Shown: positions 42,280-54,929 of the stretch, piece after piece
How the letters are laid out: each line of letters starts with the position of its first letter
How positions within the stretch are numbered: the stretch's first letter is position 1
Origin: Octopus sinensis
Lineage: Eukaryota
Direction: 5' to 3'
NCBI RefSeq assembly: GCF_006345805.1
Contig: NC_043002.1
Location: forward strand, 104,842,001 to 104,906,000
DNA: 64,000 bases
Program-made: the position numbers and the translations under genes
Notes under the pieces: generated by a model
The model's input: only the letters and a program-made list of their open reading frames with translations
Databases searched by the model: none
Told to the model about the DNA's origin: nothing

Positions 42280-42460
42280 GACACAGAGTGTGACACAGCT
42301 GGCCCCTTGAAATACAGGTACAACTCACTTTTGCCAGTCGAGAGGACTGGAGCAACGTGAAATAAAGTGTCTTGCTCAAGGACACAACGCATCATCGGGA
42401 ATTGAACTCACAACCTTACAATCGTGAGTCGAATGCCCTAACCACTAAGCCACATGCCTT
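42280..42460 (-). mobile_element. tRNA-derived CORE-like SINE (family D head), 3'-truncated
   Basis: Minus strand reads GGCATGTGGCTTAGTGGTTAGGG (A-box), GAGTTCAATTCC (B-box) and TGTCCTTGAGCAAGACACTT (CORE-like). Its tail GTTGTACCTGTATTTCAA is shared with 42885. Confidence 0.8.
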
Positions 42461-42884
42461 CACCCCACTGTGATAACGCATACACCAAAGTCATAAAGGC
42501 GCTCGTCAGGATTCTCCCTCTTCCTCATCCACCTCCACCACAATCTCCTCCCCTTCCTCACCACCACCGCTACCATCACCAAAACCACCGCCACCATCAC
42601 CAACCAACACCATCATCATCATGAATGTGAGTTAAAAAAGAATACCAATGAGTAGATATTCGGTTAGCTCATTATTGTTTCATAGAAAATAACAAGGAAA
42701 TAATCTCTAATATGAAACTAGATATTAAGAATGGAAGGGTCACGGTCGGCTTACCTTTAATTATAGTTGCATTCAGTCTGGGCTGATCTGACAACAGCAA
42801 TAACGATCGCAACAATAATAAATGTACGTGATAAGACAGCCGCTACAGGGTCGGGTGAAAAGAAAAGAAGCTATTGTTCTCACT

Positions 42885-43268
42885 GGAGGCGCAATGGCCC
42901 AGTGGTTAGGGCAGCGGACTCGCGGTCATAGGATCGCGGTTTCGATTCCCAGACCGGGCGTTGTGAGTGTTTATTGAGCGAAAACACCTAAAGCTCCACG
43001 AGGCTCCGGCAGGGGATGGTGGTGATCCCTGCTGTACTCTTTCACCACAACTTTCTCTCACTCTTACTTCCTGTTTCTGTTGTACCTGTATTTCAAAGGG
43101 CCGGCTTTGTCACTCTCTGTGTCACGCTGAATATCCCCGAGAACTACGTTAAGGGTGCACGTGTCTGTGGAGTGCTCAGCCACTTACACGTTAATTTCAC
43201 GAGCAGGCTGTTCCGTTGATTCGGATCAACCGGAACCCTCATCGTCGTAACCGACGGAGTGCTTCCAC
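42885..43268 (+). mobile_element. Full-length family B SINE with a 12-bp TSD
   Basis: TSD ATTGTTCTCACT at 42873-42884 and 43269-43280. A- and B-boxes are intact. Confidence 0.95.
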
Positions 43269-43723
43269 ATTGTTCTCACTTTAAATATGGCCAAAAGGAT
43301 TGGTAGATTAAGGACAGGACGGATATGTGCTGCCACATTGACAGTGTAGAAGATATGGCGAAGAGCGTTATGACTGTGATCGTTCTGCCTTACTCAGTCC
43401 TGAGTGTCCAGGTGCTAAAGAACAGATTCAGCAACACCAGACCAGAAACGGCCGTTAATTATATCCCTTCCAGCAACCAGTTCAGCCACCACGACAACAA
43501 CAACAACAACATAAAGAATATTATCGCCATAATTCCCCAGTTGTTATTAGTTTAAACACAAAGAACGAAAGTCACTTTTACTCCTAAACATTGAAAGATG
43601 TTTAAATATCTTTGAATATATAAATACATGAACTCACAGATATTTATGTGCATGGACATTTAAATGCATACACACACACATATACAATCGAAGAGAAATA
43701 GAAAGACACACACACACACACAC

Positions 43724-43724
<1 letters not shown>

Positions 43725-43755
<31 letters not shown>

Positions 43756-44462
43756 ATTTATATACAGATCATGCCTATTTACAAACACACACGCACTCAC
43801 GGACATATATACACATACATACACACACATGCATGCATGCATGCATACACGCATATATACATATATATATAAATGTTAGTCTATGTCGGTATTTATTTGT
43901 TTGTATATTTGTATCACCAGACACAATCATGCGTATATGCATGCGCGTACACATATATAAACGCGATGAAAATATTCAAACATCTCCTCACACACGTACG
44001 TCAAGCATACACACGCGCACATACAGATCTGTATCCTTGCAAAGATATGCACGCCAGGCAGAATATGTGGAGGGCAACCGAACAAATATATACACGCTTA
44101 CAAATACAAACGCACTTAAGAGTCGTAAGCATGAAATACACTCGTACGAACATATGCACACGTACAGACTGGTGAATCTACAACACCGTATTTTCTATTC
44201 CATTACATTGATTAAATACTCAGAGTTAAATATGCTGTGGAAATTTGCTATATGTTAAAAGCTACCTCCATATATACAATCCAAGAACTGTGCACACATG
44301 CATGTTGTGTACATGCTGTTGCCTGTATATGTGTTTCGCTTACGTATATATATATATACATATGTATGTGAGTATACATACGTCTACACACAAACATGTG
44401 CATACACATATACATAACATACATGAATATGTATATGTATGTATATGTATGTATATATATAG

Positions 44463-44505
<43 letters not shown>

Positions 44506-45231
44506 ATAATATATACATTTATATACAGATCATGCCTATTTACAAACACACACGCACTCACGGACATATATACACATACATACACACCACATGCATGCAT
44601 GCATACACGCATATATACATATATATATATAAATGTTAGTCTATGTCGGTATTTTTTTGTTTGTATATTTGTATCAACAGACACAATCATGCGTATATGC
44701 ATGCGCGTACACATATATAAACGCGATGAAAATATTCAAACATCTCCTCACACACGTACGTCAAGCATACACACGCGCACATACAGATCTGTATCCTTGC
44801 AAAGATATGCACGCAAGGCAGAATATGTGGAGGGCAACCGAACAAATATATACACGCTTACAAATACAAACGCACTTAAGAGTCGTAAGCATGAAATACA
44901 CTCGTACGAACATATGCACACGTACAGACTGGTGAATCTACAACACCGTATTTTCTATTCCATTACATTGATTAAATACTCAGAGTTAAATATGCTGTGG
45001 AAATTTGCTATATGTTAAAAGCTACCTCCATATATACAATCCAAAGAACTGTGCACACATGCATGTTGTGTACATGCTGTTGCCTGTATATGTGTTTCGC
45101 TTACGTATATATATATATATACATATGTATGTGAGTATACATACGTCTACACACAAACATGTGCATACACATATACATAACATACATGAATATGTATATG
45201 TATGTATATGTATGTATATATATATATATAG

Positions 45232-45260
<29 letters not shown>
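43725..45260. repeat. Tandem duplication, period ~760 bp, bounded by (TA)n
   Basis: ORF pairs 43873/44633 and 44245/45005 are offset by 760, with only a few substitutions and indels. Confidence 0.95.
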
Positions 45261-45269
<9 letters not shown>

Positions 45270-45454
45270 GCATATATCGATATGTGTAACGGTTATATAT
45301 ATCTGTAAATGTATGCAGGCATATTGTTAGTTAGATATATATACATGCATCTACAAGGACAAACATGTTTATATATATTTGCCACTTGTATATGAGTTAT
45401 GAGAATATGAGCGTATGTATGAGTGCACACACACTCACACACACTCACACACAC

Positions 45455-45486
<32 letters not shown>

Positions 45487-46074
45487 GTGGTATGTATGTA
45501 TGTATGCATGTATGTATGCGTCTGTGAACTTGTGCTTGTGTGTGCAGGTAACTATACATTGCATCATTGCATTCACTCGACAATTCTTCACAAATATGCA
45601 TGATTTCTCTCAAATTCTTCACCCCACCACACGCACACACACATTCTTCTGAAAACTTTAATAAACTTTTTACGGCACTTAATGATAACAGGAAATAACG
45701 ATACATTGAGGCAATGTGATGTCATGCCAGGGTCAGACTGACCTCACATTTGTTATGGAACACACAGCCATTTACTTATTAGAGGGAAGGTAAATCTCCA
45801 AGATTTGGCAGTCGATGCGTTAATGGTAAGATTACTTATTATATTTCTTTCAGACTCGCCTACATTGAAGCATCATTTCAAGCTCTTAGACAGGCTTCAT
45901 GCATAGAAACACATCTGACACCTGTCGTATATGTTTCTCACTTACGCTTTGCCCAGTTTCTCTCAAAAACTATCACCAATCTCAAAACGATTTCTTGTCT
46001 TAAATGTCACATGTAGCAAACCAAAGCATTGCTACGAATCAAAATGATAAAGCGTCATGTTGTATAATCTTTTT

Positions 46075-46480
46075 CTCCTTTACTCGTTTACTTGTTTCAG
46101 TCATTCGACTGCAGCCATGTTGGAGCACCGCCTTTTAATCGAGCAACTCGACCCCGGAACTTATTCTTTTGTAAGCCCAGTACTTATTCTATCGGTCTCT
46201 TTTGCCGAACCGCTAAGTAACGGGGACATAAACACACCAGCATCGTTTGTCAAGCAATGCTAGGGGGACAAACACACTCACACAAATACACACACACATA
46301 TATATATATACATATATACGACGGGCTTATTTCAGTTTCCGTCTACCAAATCCACTCACAAGGCTTTGGTCGGCCCGAGGCTATAGTAGAAGACACCTGC
46401 CGAAGGTGCCACGCAGTGGGACTGAACCCGGAACCATGTGGTTGGTAAACAAGCTACTTACCACACAGCCACTCCTGCGC
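46075..46480 (-). mobile_element. Full-length family A SINE
   Basis: Minus strand reads GCGCAGGAGTGGCTGTGTGG (A-box) and GGTTCAGTCCC (B-box); homologous to 13852-14260. Confidence 0.9.
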
Positions 46481-47262
46481 ATTTTTACTCCGCTTTCTAT
46501 TTTCTGCAGTCTTAAAATTGCTTCAGTCATTTTTTACATTAAAATGCCGTCGGTTAAATTTTGTATCTCATAATTTATCATACATTTCTGTATATCAAAA
46601 ATAAATGATACACCTCAAGTGTAGGGAAATTAAAACATTTTGTCTTGCATATGTATGTCAAACAGCAATAGACTCGCAAACATAAGCACGCACATATCTA
46701 CGTATAAACACGTATAAAAATGAAAAGTGAAGTAGAGAGAAACTTAATGAGGATTAGGTTTATCGGCATTTCATGCCTTGGGACAGGGACCAGCAGGTAT
46801 CAAATATATGCTGCTTGTCTCGCCGGTTCAAGCCAGGTGCTGTTCGTTCATTTCAGTTTTCCATGGAATACCACCGTTTGTCATTCTTAAGCAGACCCTT
46901 CTGTGTTCCATTTTCATGTGTAAAGGTTTTGCAGGATTTCGACACCAAGTGAATAAAAAATATATTGATGTTGATGTTTGTTTTTCTTGTTGGTTTTGTT
47001 TTAGTTAAAGCCCTAAACACTCTAAATAAAAGGGTATTCTTTGGAAGTCATTTCAATCCCATCTATTATTCTGGTCTCTTCCAATGAACCCTCGGAATAC
47101 ATAGTGCGATGTCACATGCATTTGATTGTATTCTATTATATTTATTTATCTAATTTTCATTTATCTATTTTGTTGTGCAGGATACGATTTTAAATACTTA
47201 AACCTCTGGATCTAGTAGCGGATGTGTTCATATATCCCAAATAAGGACATGTCAATAGGGGG

Positions 47263-47642
47263 GGAGCACTCCGTCGGTTACGACGATGAGGGTTCCGGTT
47301 GATCCGATCAACGGAACAGCCTGCTCGTGAAATTAACGTGTAAGTGGCTCAGCACTCCACAGACACGTGTACCCTTAACGTAGTTCTCGGGGATATTCAG
47401 CGTTACACAGAGAGTGACAAAGCCGGCCCTTTGAAATACAGGTACAACAGAAACAGGAAGTAAGAGTGAGAGAAAGTTGTGGTGAAAGAGTACAGCAGGG
47501 ATCACCACCATGCCCTGCCAGAGCCTCGTGGAGCTTTAGGTGTTTTCGCTCAATAAACACTCACAACGCCCGGTCTGGGAATCGAAACCACGATCCTATG
47601 ACCGCGAGTCCGCTGCCCTAACAACTGGGCCATTGCGCCTCC
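47263..47642 (-). mobile_element. Full-length family B SINE (inverted copy of the 42885 type)
   Basis: ORFs 47308 and 47375 nearly duplicate 43016 and 42967. Confidence 0.95.
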
Positions 47643-47829
47643 ACATATCAATAAACACATCCATGTCTACTATAAGCACACATGTAACACACAGTTTTAG
47701 TAAAAGTTGACTGAAGTAAAACATATCCGATATTCCTTATCTCAATGTAAGTTTAAAAGTTTTCAAACAACCACACAAGTGGCTCACGTTCCTTGACTGG
47801 AATACAAAACAATATAACGAACACAAATA

Positions 47830-48060
47830 ACGCACATCCACCCAAATCATTCGGTAGTCGGCACTATTATTGGCCCATCACAAACATCGATCACATTAAG
47901 ATGTTGCAGTATTGCCGTGAACACACAAACTATTACGGTGAGTGTCTGCTTTGATCGTCCGACCTTTTGATAGACATTCGGTTTGGTCTTACGACATTTT
48001 ACATTGGCAAAGACAAATGCGATGTGTTTGCATATTTAGCTGCCTCACCACGTCGACATT
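47830..48060 (+). pseudogene. Possible Ty3/Gypsy integrase relic
   Basis: AHPPK...SRHYYWPITNIDHIKMLQYCREH resembles HxG...YYWPxMxxDIxxxVxxCxxC, followed by RPFDR in another frame. Confidence 0.35.
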
Positions 48061-48331
48061 GTAACACCGGCTCTGTATGGTGTAATTAATAATTATTCCA
48101 AATTAATTAATTTCACCCTTTATTGTTACTGATAACCATATTTTATCCCAGTAAATGACCACAGCATCTTGTCTTGGCTACACGCGGGTGGAAGGGGGCT
48201 GGTGACACAAACTTTCATTCCACACTTGAATTCGTGGTACTGGTAATGCTTTGGCTCGCTCTGACACTGAGTTGAGATAATGCCTTCTAGTATCTCAAAA
48301 TTTAATATACAATTATTCATAATTGTAGTAT

Positions 48332-48423
48332 CCTACGCCGATGAGAAAAGAAGTTTGGGTAAGGTAGAATTTTCTAATTCTTATGCTTTCCTAAAACTTG
48401 ATTTCGAAACGTACGTCCGTAGG
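48332..48423 (+). ncRNA. Type I hammerhead ribozyme candidate with long stem II and a GUC site (U4C variant)
   Basis: Stem I CCTACG/CGTAGG, core CCGATGA, stem II GAAA...TTTC (61 nt, long imperfect hairpin), then GAAAC-GTAC-GTC. Confidence 0.75.
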
Positions 48424-48936
48424 TAACTTAAAATTGTATGATAGATTGCCGTCATCTCATTCTTTCTTACCTGTCTGTGTTTGCCTTTCGAGTGCTGTGT
48501 TTTTACTGAGATCTCCCTTTTAGTAGAAGGAATAGCTATATCTCTTTGACTGCTATTTCTAAATTCGGTGTGTGGCGAGGCAATTCGTTGCTAAACCCTT
48601 AATTGCTTAGTATTACTTATATATATATATATATATATAAAATATAATAAGAATAAATAATATCTTTAATGGTTTTTAAAAAAACCAACAATTATTTACT
48701 GATAGATTTCGGCATGTAAATATAACCATTAACGGTAGGAACTTCTATAAAAGTTCGATATATATTTTGTATATAAATAAAAGAGGCAGGCAACAGGTTG
48801 CTTAGCCACATACCGAAAAAATTAGAAATAGCAGTCAAAGACTGTTTATTTCTATTTTCTACAAATACGACTCCACATACGACATATCAATGTAATTCAC
48901 ATATGCAAAACAGAAGGAATAAATAACGAAAACAAA

Positions 48937-48985
<49 letters not shown>

Positions 48986-49579
48986 AATTATACCATATCG
49001 CATATATACGCATATATGTGTGAGATATAGAACAAGATAGCTATATTGATATATGGAAAGAAACACACATACGTATATAAGTTATAATACGTATAAGTAC
49101 ACACACACACACACATATGTTAGATCAAAAAATCTATGAATGCGTATTTCTTTAGTTCTTTGCGTGTGCCTGTGTATATGTATGTGCAGGTATGCGTATG
49201 TGTGTGTGTGAGCTTGTCGTGCTTGCGTAATGTCGTTGGTGTTGTTATCATCTTTCTGTGTGTGTGACATAAAGTCCTGCTAGATTTGCTCTTCAAATCA
49301 TAATTATAATATTGTATATCTACTTGTAAATATAACCAGTTGATCTCTTTTATTTTTTGGAAATCTCTACATCTAGAATAATGATGCCACATCCTCCAAG
49401 TAGAATAAAATCATTTCTTTATGCTTGAAACTCCACCGGTTATTTACAAGCGGAAAGAATAAAATCGAAGACAACCGAAATAGTAACAAGAACAAGAAGA
49501 ATAAGAATATGAACAACAGCAGTAACAACGACAGCAACGACCATAACAACAACAACAACAACACAACAACAACAACAAC

Positions 49580-49614
<35 letters not shown>

Positions 49615-50233
49615 TAATAAGGAGTGATATTGAAAATACTTTCTATAGAAAGAGCGTAGAGATATATGTCGTATTTATATATTGGCATTGTGTTTACAAT
49701 ATTGTAAATAGCAAAATTACATAATCCCTCAATTGAATGATGAATTACTACATCCTGCAGACATTTTACCGAATAAAACTAAGTGGCCAACATAAGCTGG
49801 TTCCTTGGCAAACATCCAAGACGGATAATGAAAACTTGAAACTATTCCTAAGCGCTTGACATCTCGTGAAAGAGAAGAGAGAATTCAAAAATATTCAGCT
49901 CTACTTAATCTTCCTATGTGATTACGCTTGATTGATAGCTCCTCTGAATCACATTACAACAAAAAAACTAAACAACAAAACAAGCAACCACCTTAAAATA
50001 TTAAAAAATAATAATGCAACAATTTTACTCATACATATATATATATATGTTTATATAAATAATATATATATATATATATATACATACATATGTATAATTG
50101 CATTTATGTATGAATGTGCATGTCTATATATATATATATACATAGTATAATATATATGATTATATATATATACAAAATTATACATACATACAGATATATT
50201 TACATAGATATATATTATATATACACTTGTAGA

Positions 50234-50266
<33 letters not shown>

Positions 50267-50336
50267 GTATATGTATGTATATATATATATTTATATACAT
50301 ATATATACATACATGCCTATATATATATATATCTAT

Positions 50337-50385
<49 letters not shown>

Positions 50386-50949
50386 TATATATACATACAT
50401 ACATACATATATGCATTTATATAATTAAGGAAATTATATATGGGGGAAAATAGACAGAAATCTGTTACATGCCTGACAAAGAGTGCACAACTTCGATGGG
50501 AATCTGTACTTAAAATAGCAGGAAGTGAGACACTTCACAAATGCAAACCGTTAAAAGGATAATATTTATAACTTCCATTATTAGCAGCGGAAAAGTAGTT
50601 CAGCGTGATAAATACATTTTATGCATGCTTCTCGGTGGTTATATCCGATATAAAACGCCATTGCTGTGTAGAAGCTGATTCTCCATCCATCTATATTGGA
50701 ACATATTTCAAATGCAAATAATTCTTTCTTCTCTTCTAAAAATATGCAGTGAAATGAGAGAATAATAATGATTATTTTTCCCATTAAAAGAAAAACAATG
50801 AAATTGTATTCCTATCAGAATCTGAAAGCCAAAATAGTAATAATTGTGAATGGGAAAAAAAAAAAAGCTACTACAAAAAAAAAGAAAGAAAAACAGATGT
50901 GATGAAAAATAAGTGAGTATTTCTGAAATACTCTCATAAAAATATATCA

Positions 50950-51250
50950 AAAATATGTGGAGTAACATTCGACGTTTGATGAATACACACCTGGTTCTAT
51001 GTAAAACTCATGAGTGCCATGCATTTGTCTTCTTAGTGACATGTGATCAAACGTCTGTGTGATTATATCGGTGGTGAATTCACAATATGTTTGGGTACAC
51101 CATAAATTGATTGTAGCGATAAAATCCATCAAGCTCTCTACCAACGCCGAAGTTGACGTGGCATTCGTTCCTCTGAAGATCGACAGAAATCGCCATTGTT
51201 GTCTATCCTCATCGATCCCGAGCATTTTTACCCTTCGTTTGTAAATTCTC
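50950..51250 (-). pseudogene. Possible degenerate non-LTR reverse transcriptase fragment
   Basis: DRQQWRF..RGTNATS...DIITQTFDHM loosely resembles QxGFRxxRST...DxxKAFDxV. Confidence 0.25.
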
Positions 51251-51586
51251 CTTCATGGTGGTGCCGTTGATGGCTGGCTTAAACCAGCTTTACAGGGGAA
51301 CAATTACCCACACAGGTCACATCTGATGGCAGCTACTATATAGAATACGAAACAACGGACAATTACTCGAAGGTGTAGCCAAAACAAAAAAGAAAAAAAA
51401 TCTGACAGTAACAAATGAGAAAGAACAGCAAAATATACCATTTCCGTTGAAAATTCTCTTATATATTTAATTTGTATCTCATTTCACTCAGTACAATATG
51501 TCCTGCAAATGCTTAAGCATTTGTGTGTGTCCGTGTGTGTGTGCGCGTTTGTATGACTGTATTTATATATCCCTCTAAATATTTCT

Positions 51587-51634
<48 letters not shown>

Positions 51635-51919
51635 TTCTATCACTCTCTCTATATATATATATATAATTATATATATATATATATATTATATATATAGAGA
51701 GAGATATATAAGAGAGAGAGAGAGAGAGATAAATAGATAGATAGATAGATATACACACATATATATAAATGTGTGTATATGTGTGTATGTGTGTGTAGAT
51801 AAATGCACACATGCATACATACATACATACACACACAACAGACATACATACATACATATATCATATTATAACATATTATATATTTGCAAACGTATATCCT
51901 CATATGCAGTAGGAGTGAG

Positions 51920-52190
51920 GGTGCAGAGCGTGAGCTCTCTTCCCAGAAAGATACTGTGCAATCTCGATAAGCCTAAAGAAGAAGTATATAACCGTGACAA
52001 GTCCATATCGTTAACGTGCAAAATTTGATGTAATTGTATGGAAGGCGTTCAGTCAGCAAAACAGATTTTGGTGACAAATAAAACAGTGAAACTGTGATGC
52101 ATACGTTGCTGACAGTTGGAACAGATAGAGAGACTGGGAATACACGGAAGATAAGGTCATTGTAATGTCAGGCAAATATACAACCTATAC
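51920..52190 (+). pseudogene. Possible degenerate CR1-like RT fragment
   Basis: YNRDKSISLTCKI*CNCME resembles NYRPISLTSxxCKxME, and later ERLGIHG appears. Stops are present. Confidence 0.25.
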
Positions 52191-52374
52191 ACATCCGAAT
52201 TAAACCCAATACTTGTGTGTGCATGTGTGTGTGTATGTGTGTGTGTGTGTGTTTATAATTGTGTGTGTGTGTGTTCTGTGTGATTATTAGTGCCAGTTTG
52301 ACTTAGCTTCATATGAATTAAATTTTTATGAATAGCATCTGATATCAAATATATTCTTGAAATTTAGAAAATAA

Positions 52375-52500
52375 AAACACGAAGACAGGTGTATAAACAA
52401 AAAGCTGGTGTATTTGTTTATCGCTCGGGAAGGTGAGAAAGTCTTTTACGTTTCGAGCCTACGCTCTTCATCAGAAAGAAACACGATGAAATAAACAGAG
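52375..52500 (-). mobile_element. Probable Penelope-like LTR fragment carrying a hammerhead
   Basis: Contains the minimal HHR listed next. Minimal HHRs are characteristic of PLE LTRs. No RT or GIY-YIG ORF was seen nearby. Confidence 0.55.
52442..52479 (-). ncRNA. Minimal type I hammerhead ribozyme with an intact core
   Basis: TCTTT-CTGATGA-A-GAGC-GTAG-GCTC-GAAAC-GTA-AAAGA: 5-bp stem I, 4-bp stem II and palindromic ACGU stem III. Confidence 0.85.
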
Positions 52501-52680
52501 AGAATAAAAAAAAAAGAACTTTTCTCAATGATCAAGTAATTGACCAAATGAACTGAAAATGCAGTCGGCAAAACAGACGAAAATCCTTTTACTCTATACA
52601 TGTACTCTTATATGAGTCTCTCTCCATCTCACTCTTTCCCTCTCTCTCCCTCCCAATCTATCTCACTGTCTCAGCTTCTG

Positions 52681-52713
<33 letters not shown>

Positions 52714-53155
52714 CTTTATATCTGTGTGTGTGTGTCTGTGTGTGTGTGTGTGTGTGTATGTATGTGTGTGCGTGTGCGCGAGCGGGATTCAGGTTTATGT
52801 CTGTACATGGAGCATTATAAATTCCACCTATGATAAAACTATATTCGCTTTCAAAACACTAATGTCACTTGTTGAATGTGTTATTGTCTTCTGGTCTGTT
52901 TGTGTCAGTTTTATCATACAACACCATATTGGTAGACAGCTTCCTTAGTTCTATGCGCTAACGTTTCTCTTCCTATTTATCTCCGTATAGATACCTATAT
53001 TAAAATTCGAGTTTGTCTATTGATTGTTAGAACAATGAAAGTCTGCACCTGTCTTGGAAAATAATATCAAGTTTATTGTTTCCTAAGTGCGCTGCATATA
53101 GACATTATTATGCAAAGTCACCATCACGGAGTATGTCTGCATATATATATATCTA

Positions 53156-53240
<85 letters not shown>

Positions 53241-54096
53241 ATATATGCATACATATATATATATCGAGAGAGAAAGAGGGAGAGAGAGAGAGAGAGATTC
53301 ATACATACATACATAAATATAAACGTACATATAAATGTATATACACACATATATATCTACATACATTCATTATATATACATATATATTATATATATATAT
53401 ATATATATAATACGTGTGTGTGTATACGTATATATATGTGTGTGTACGTATGCGTGCGCTCGAGTGGGTGTGTTTATATACATGTACGTATATATATATA
53501 TATACTTACATATAAATGTGTATATATATACGTATATGTATATATATGTATATATGTATATGTATATATATGTATATATGTATATGTATATATGTATATA
53601 TATGTATATATGTATATATGTATATATATACATGTATATATGTATGTATGCATACATATACACACACCCTCACTCTCACACATACAAGTTATCGCGGAAA
53701 TAACAATAGCATAGAGATAATTGCTATGGAAACACAAAGCGACTAAAAATCGTGATGGAATGAACTTTAAAACCAATTAATTTTACAGACATAGCAATAG
53801 AACTGAGGACATTGTTTAAATGACCATTATACCATTTGTAACCAGAATAGGCTGATACTCAGGTCTATTCGATAGATCCGATGCTGTTATTTCAAGAGTT
53901 AAACATTTATATTTCCTATAGTAATGGAGCAGTGACTAATAAATCGAAGTTTGTGATTCCAAACACAACTGAGCAAGTACAAGAATAGATTAGACGTCTT
54001 GGGAAATAGCTCCGACTTTTCTGAAGGATGCGCTTAACAACAGGATGGGAATAAAGTGAATTTTATTCTCCTAATGTCATTATAGGGGAATATATA

Positions 54097-54600
54097 CGAG
54101 GGGACACCCAAAAGAAACTGCAATTTTGCAATATTTTATTCACTTAGTTTTCCATGTTTACGCTTTTATCGCCTTCGAATTATTCTCCATTTCAGGCAAT
54201 GCATCGGTCCAGACGCGTTTTCCACTGTTCGATACAATAATAGAACTCTTGTTATGTGATGATTTTTAACGCACCAAATATCATCTGCCGGGCTGCCCAC
54301 TGATGCCTGAGGATGTATAAAGCGTCCCCTTGCAACGAAAGCCTGAACTAAAACAGGCTTGTCCCACAGAGAACATTTCCGGTCACTGTTGGGTAACCCC
54401 TCATACAAAGAGGCAGAAAATGCGAGACCACTTGGAAGTGTCAGGTGAGTGAGGGAGATTGTAATTGAAAACGAGACAATAGGTAAATAATCTTTTTCTG
54501 TGTTTGCTCGAAATACTAGAAAGAACATGAAAACTTAAACACACTGCAACTGACGTGTGTTCATAAAACACGTGATGCCACACCGACCAATCACGTGTTA
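54097..54600 (-). mobile_element. Mariner relic (3' end)
   Basis: TA|CGAGGGGACACCCAAAAG terminus at 54095. The minus strand translates CIEQWKTRLDRCIA*NGE*FEGDK, a mariner C-terminus. The other end is unclear. Confidence 0.7.
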
Positions 54601-54719
54601 TTTATGATAAGAACACCGTCTAAAGCAGTGTTTCTCAAAGGGGGTCCAAATAGCCCTTTGGGGCCCATATATGATTTTGGTAACATTTATGCGCAATAAA
54701 TTGATTACACTTCTACAAT

Positions 54720-54860
54720 CCCCGTAACTTAGCGGTTCGGCTAAAGAGACGAATAGAATAAGTAGTGGGCTTACAAAGAATAAGTCCTCGGTCCATTTTC
54801 TCGACTGAAGGCGGTGCTCCAGCATGACTGCACTCAAAGGACTGAAATAAGCAAAGGACT
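54720..54860 (+). mobile_element. 3' fragment of a family A SINE
   Basis: CCCGTAACTTAGCGGTTCGGC...AAGGCGGTGCTCCAGCATG. Confidence 0.8.
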
Positions 54861-54929
54861 AATGGAATAATACACAATCTTTTTCTGAAGAATTTTTAAT
54901 ACAATTACTGATAATAATTATTATAAAAA

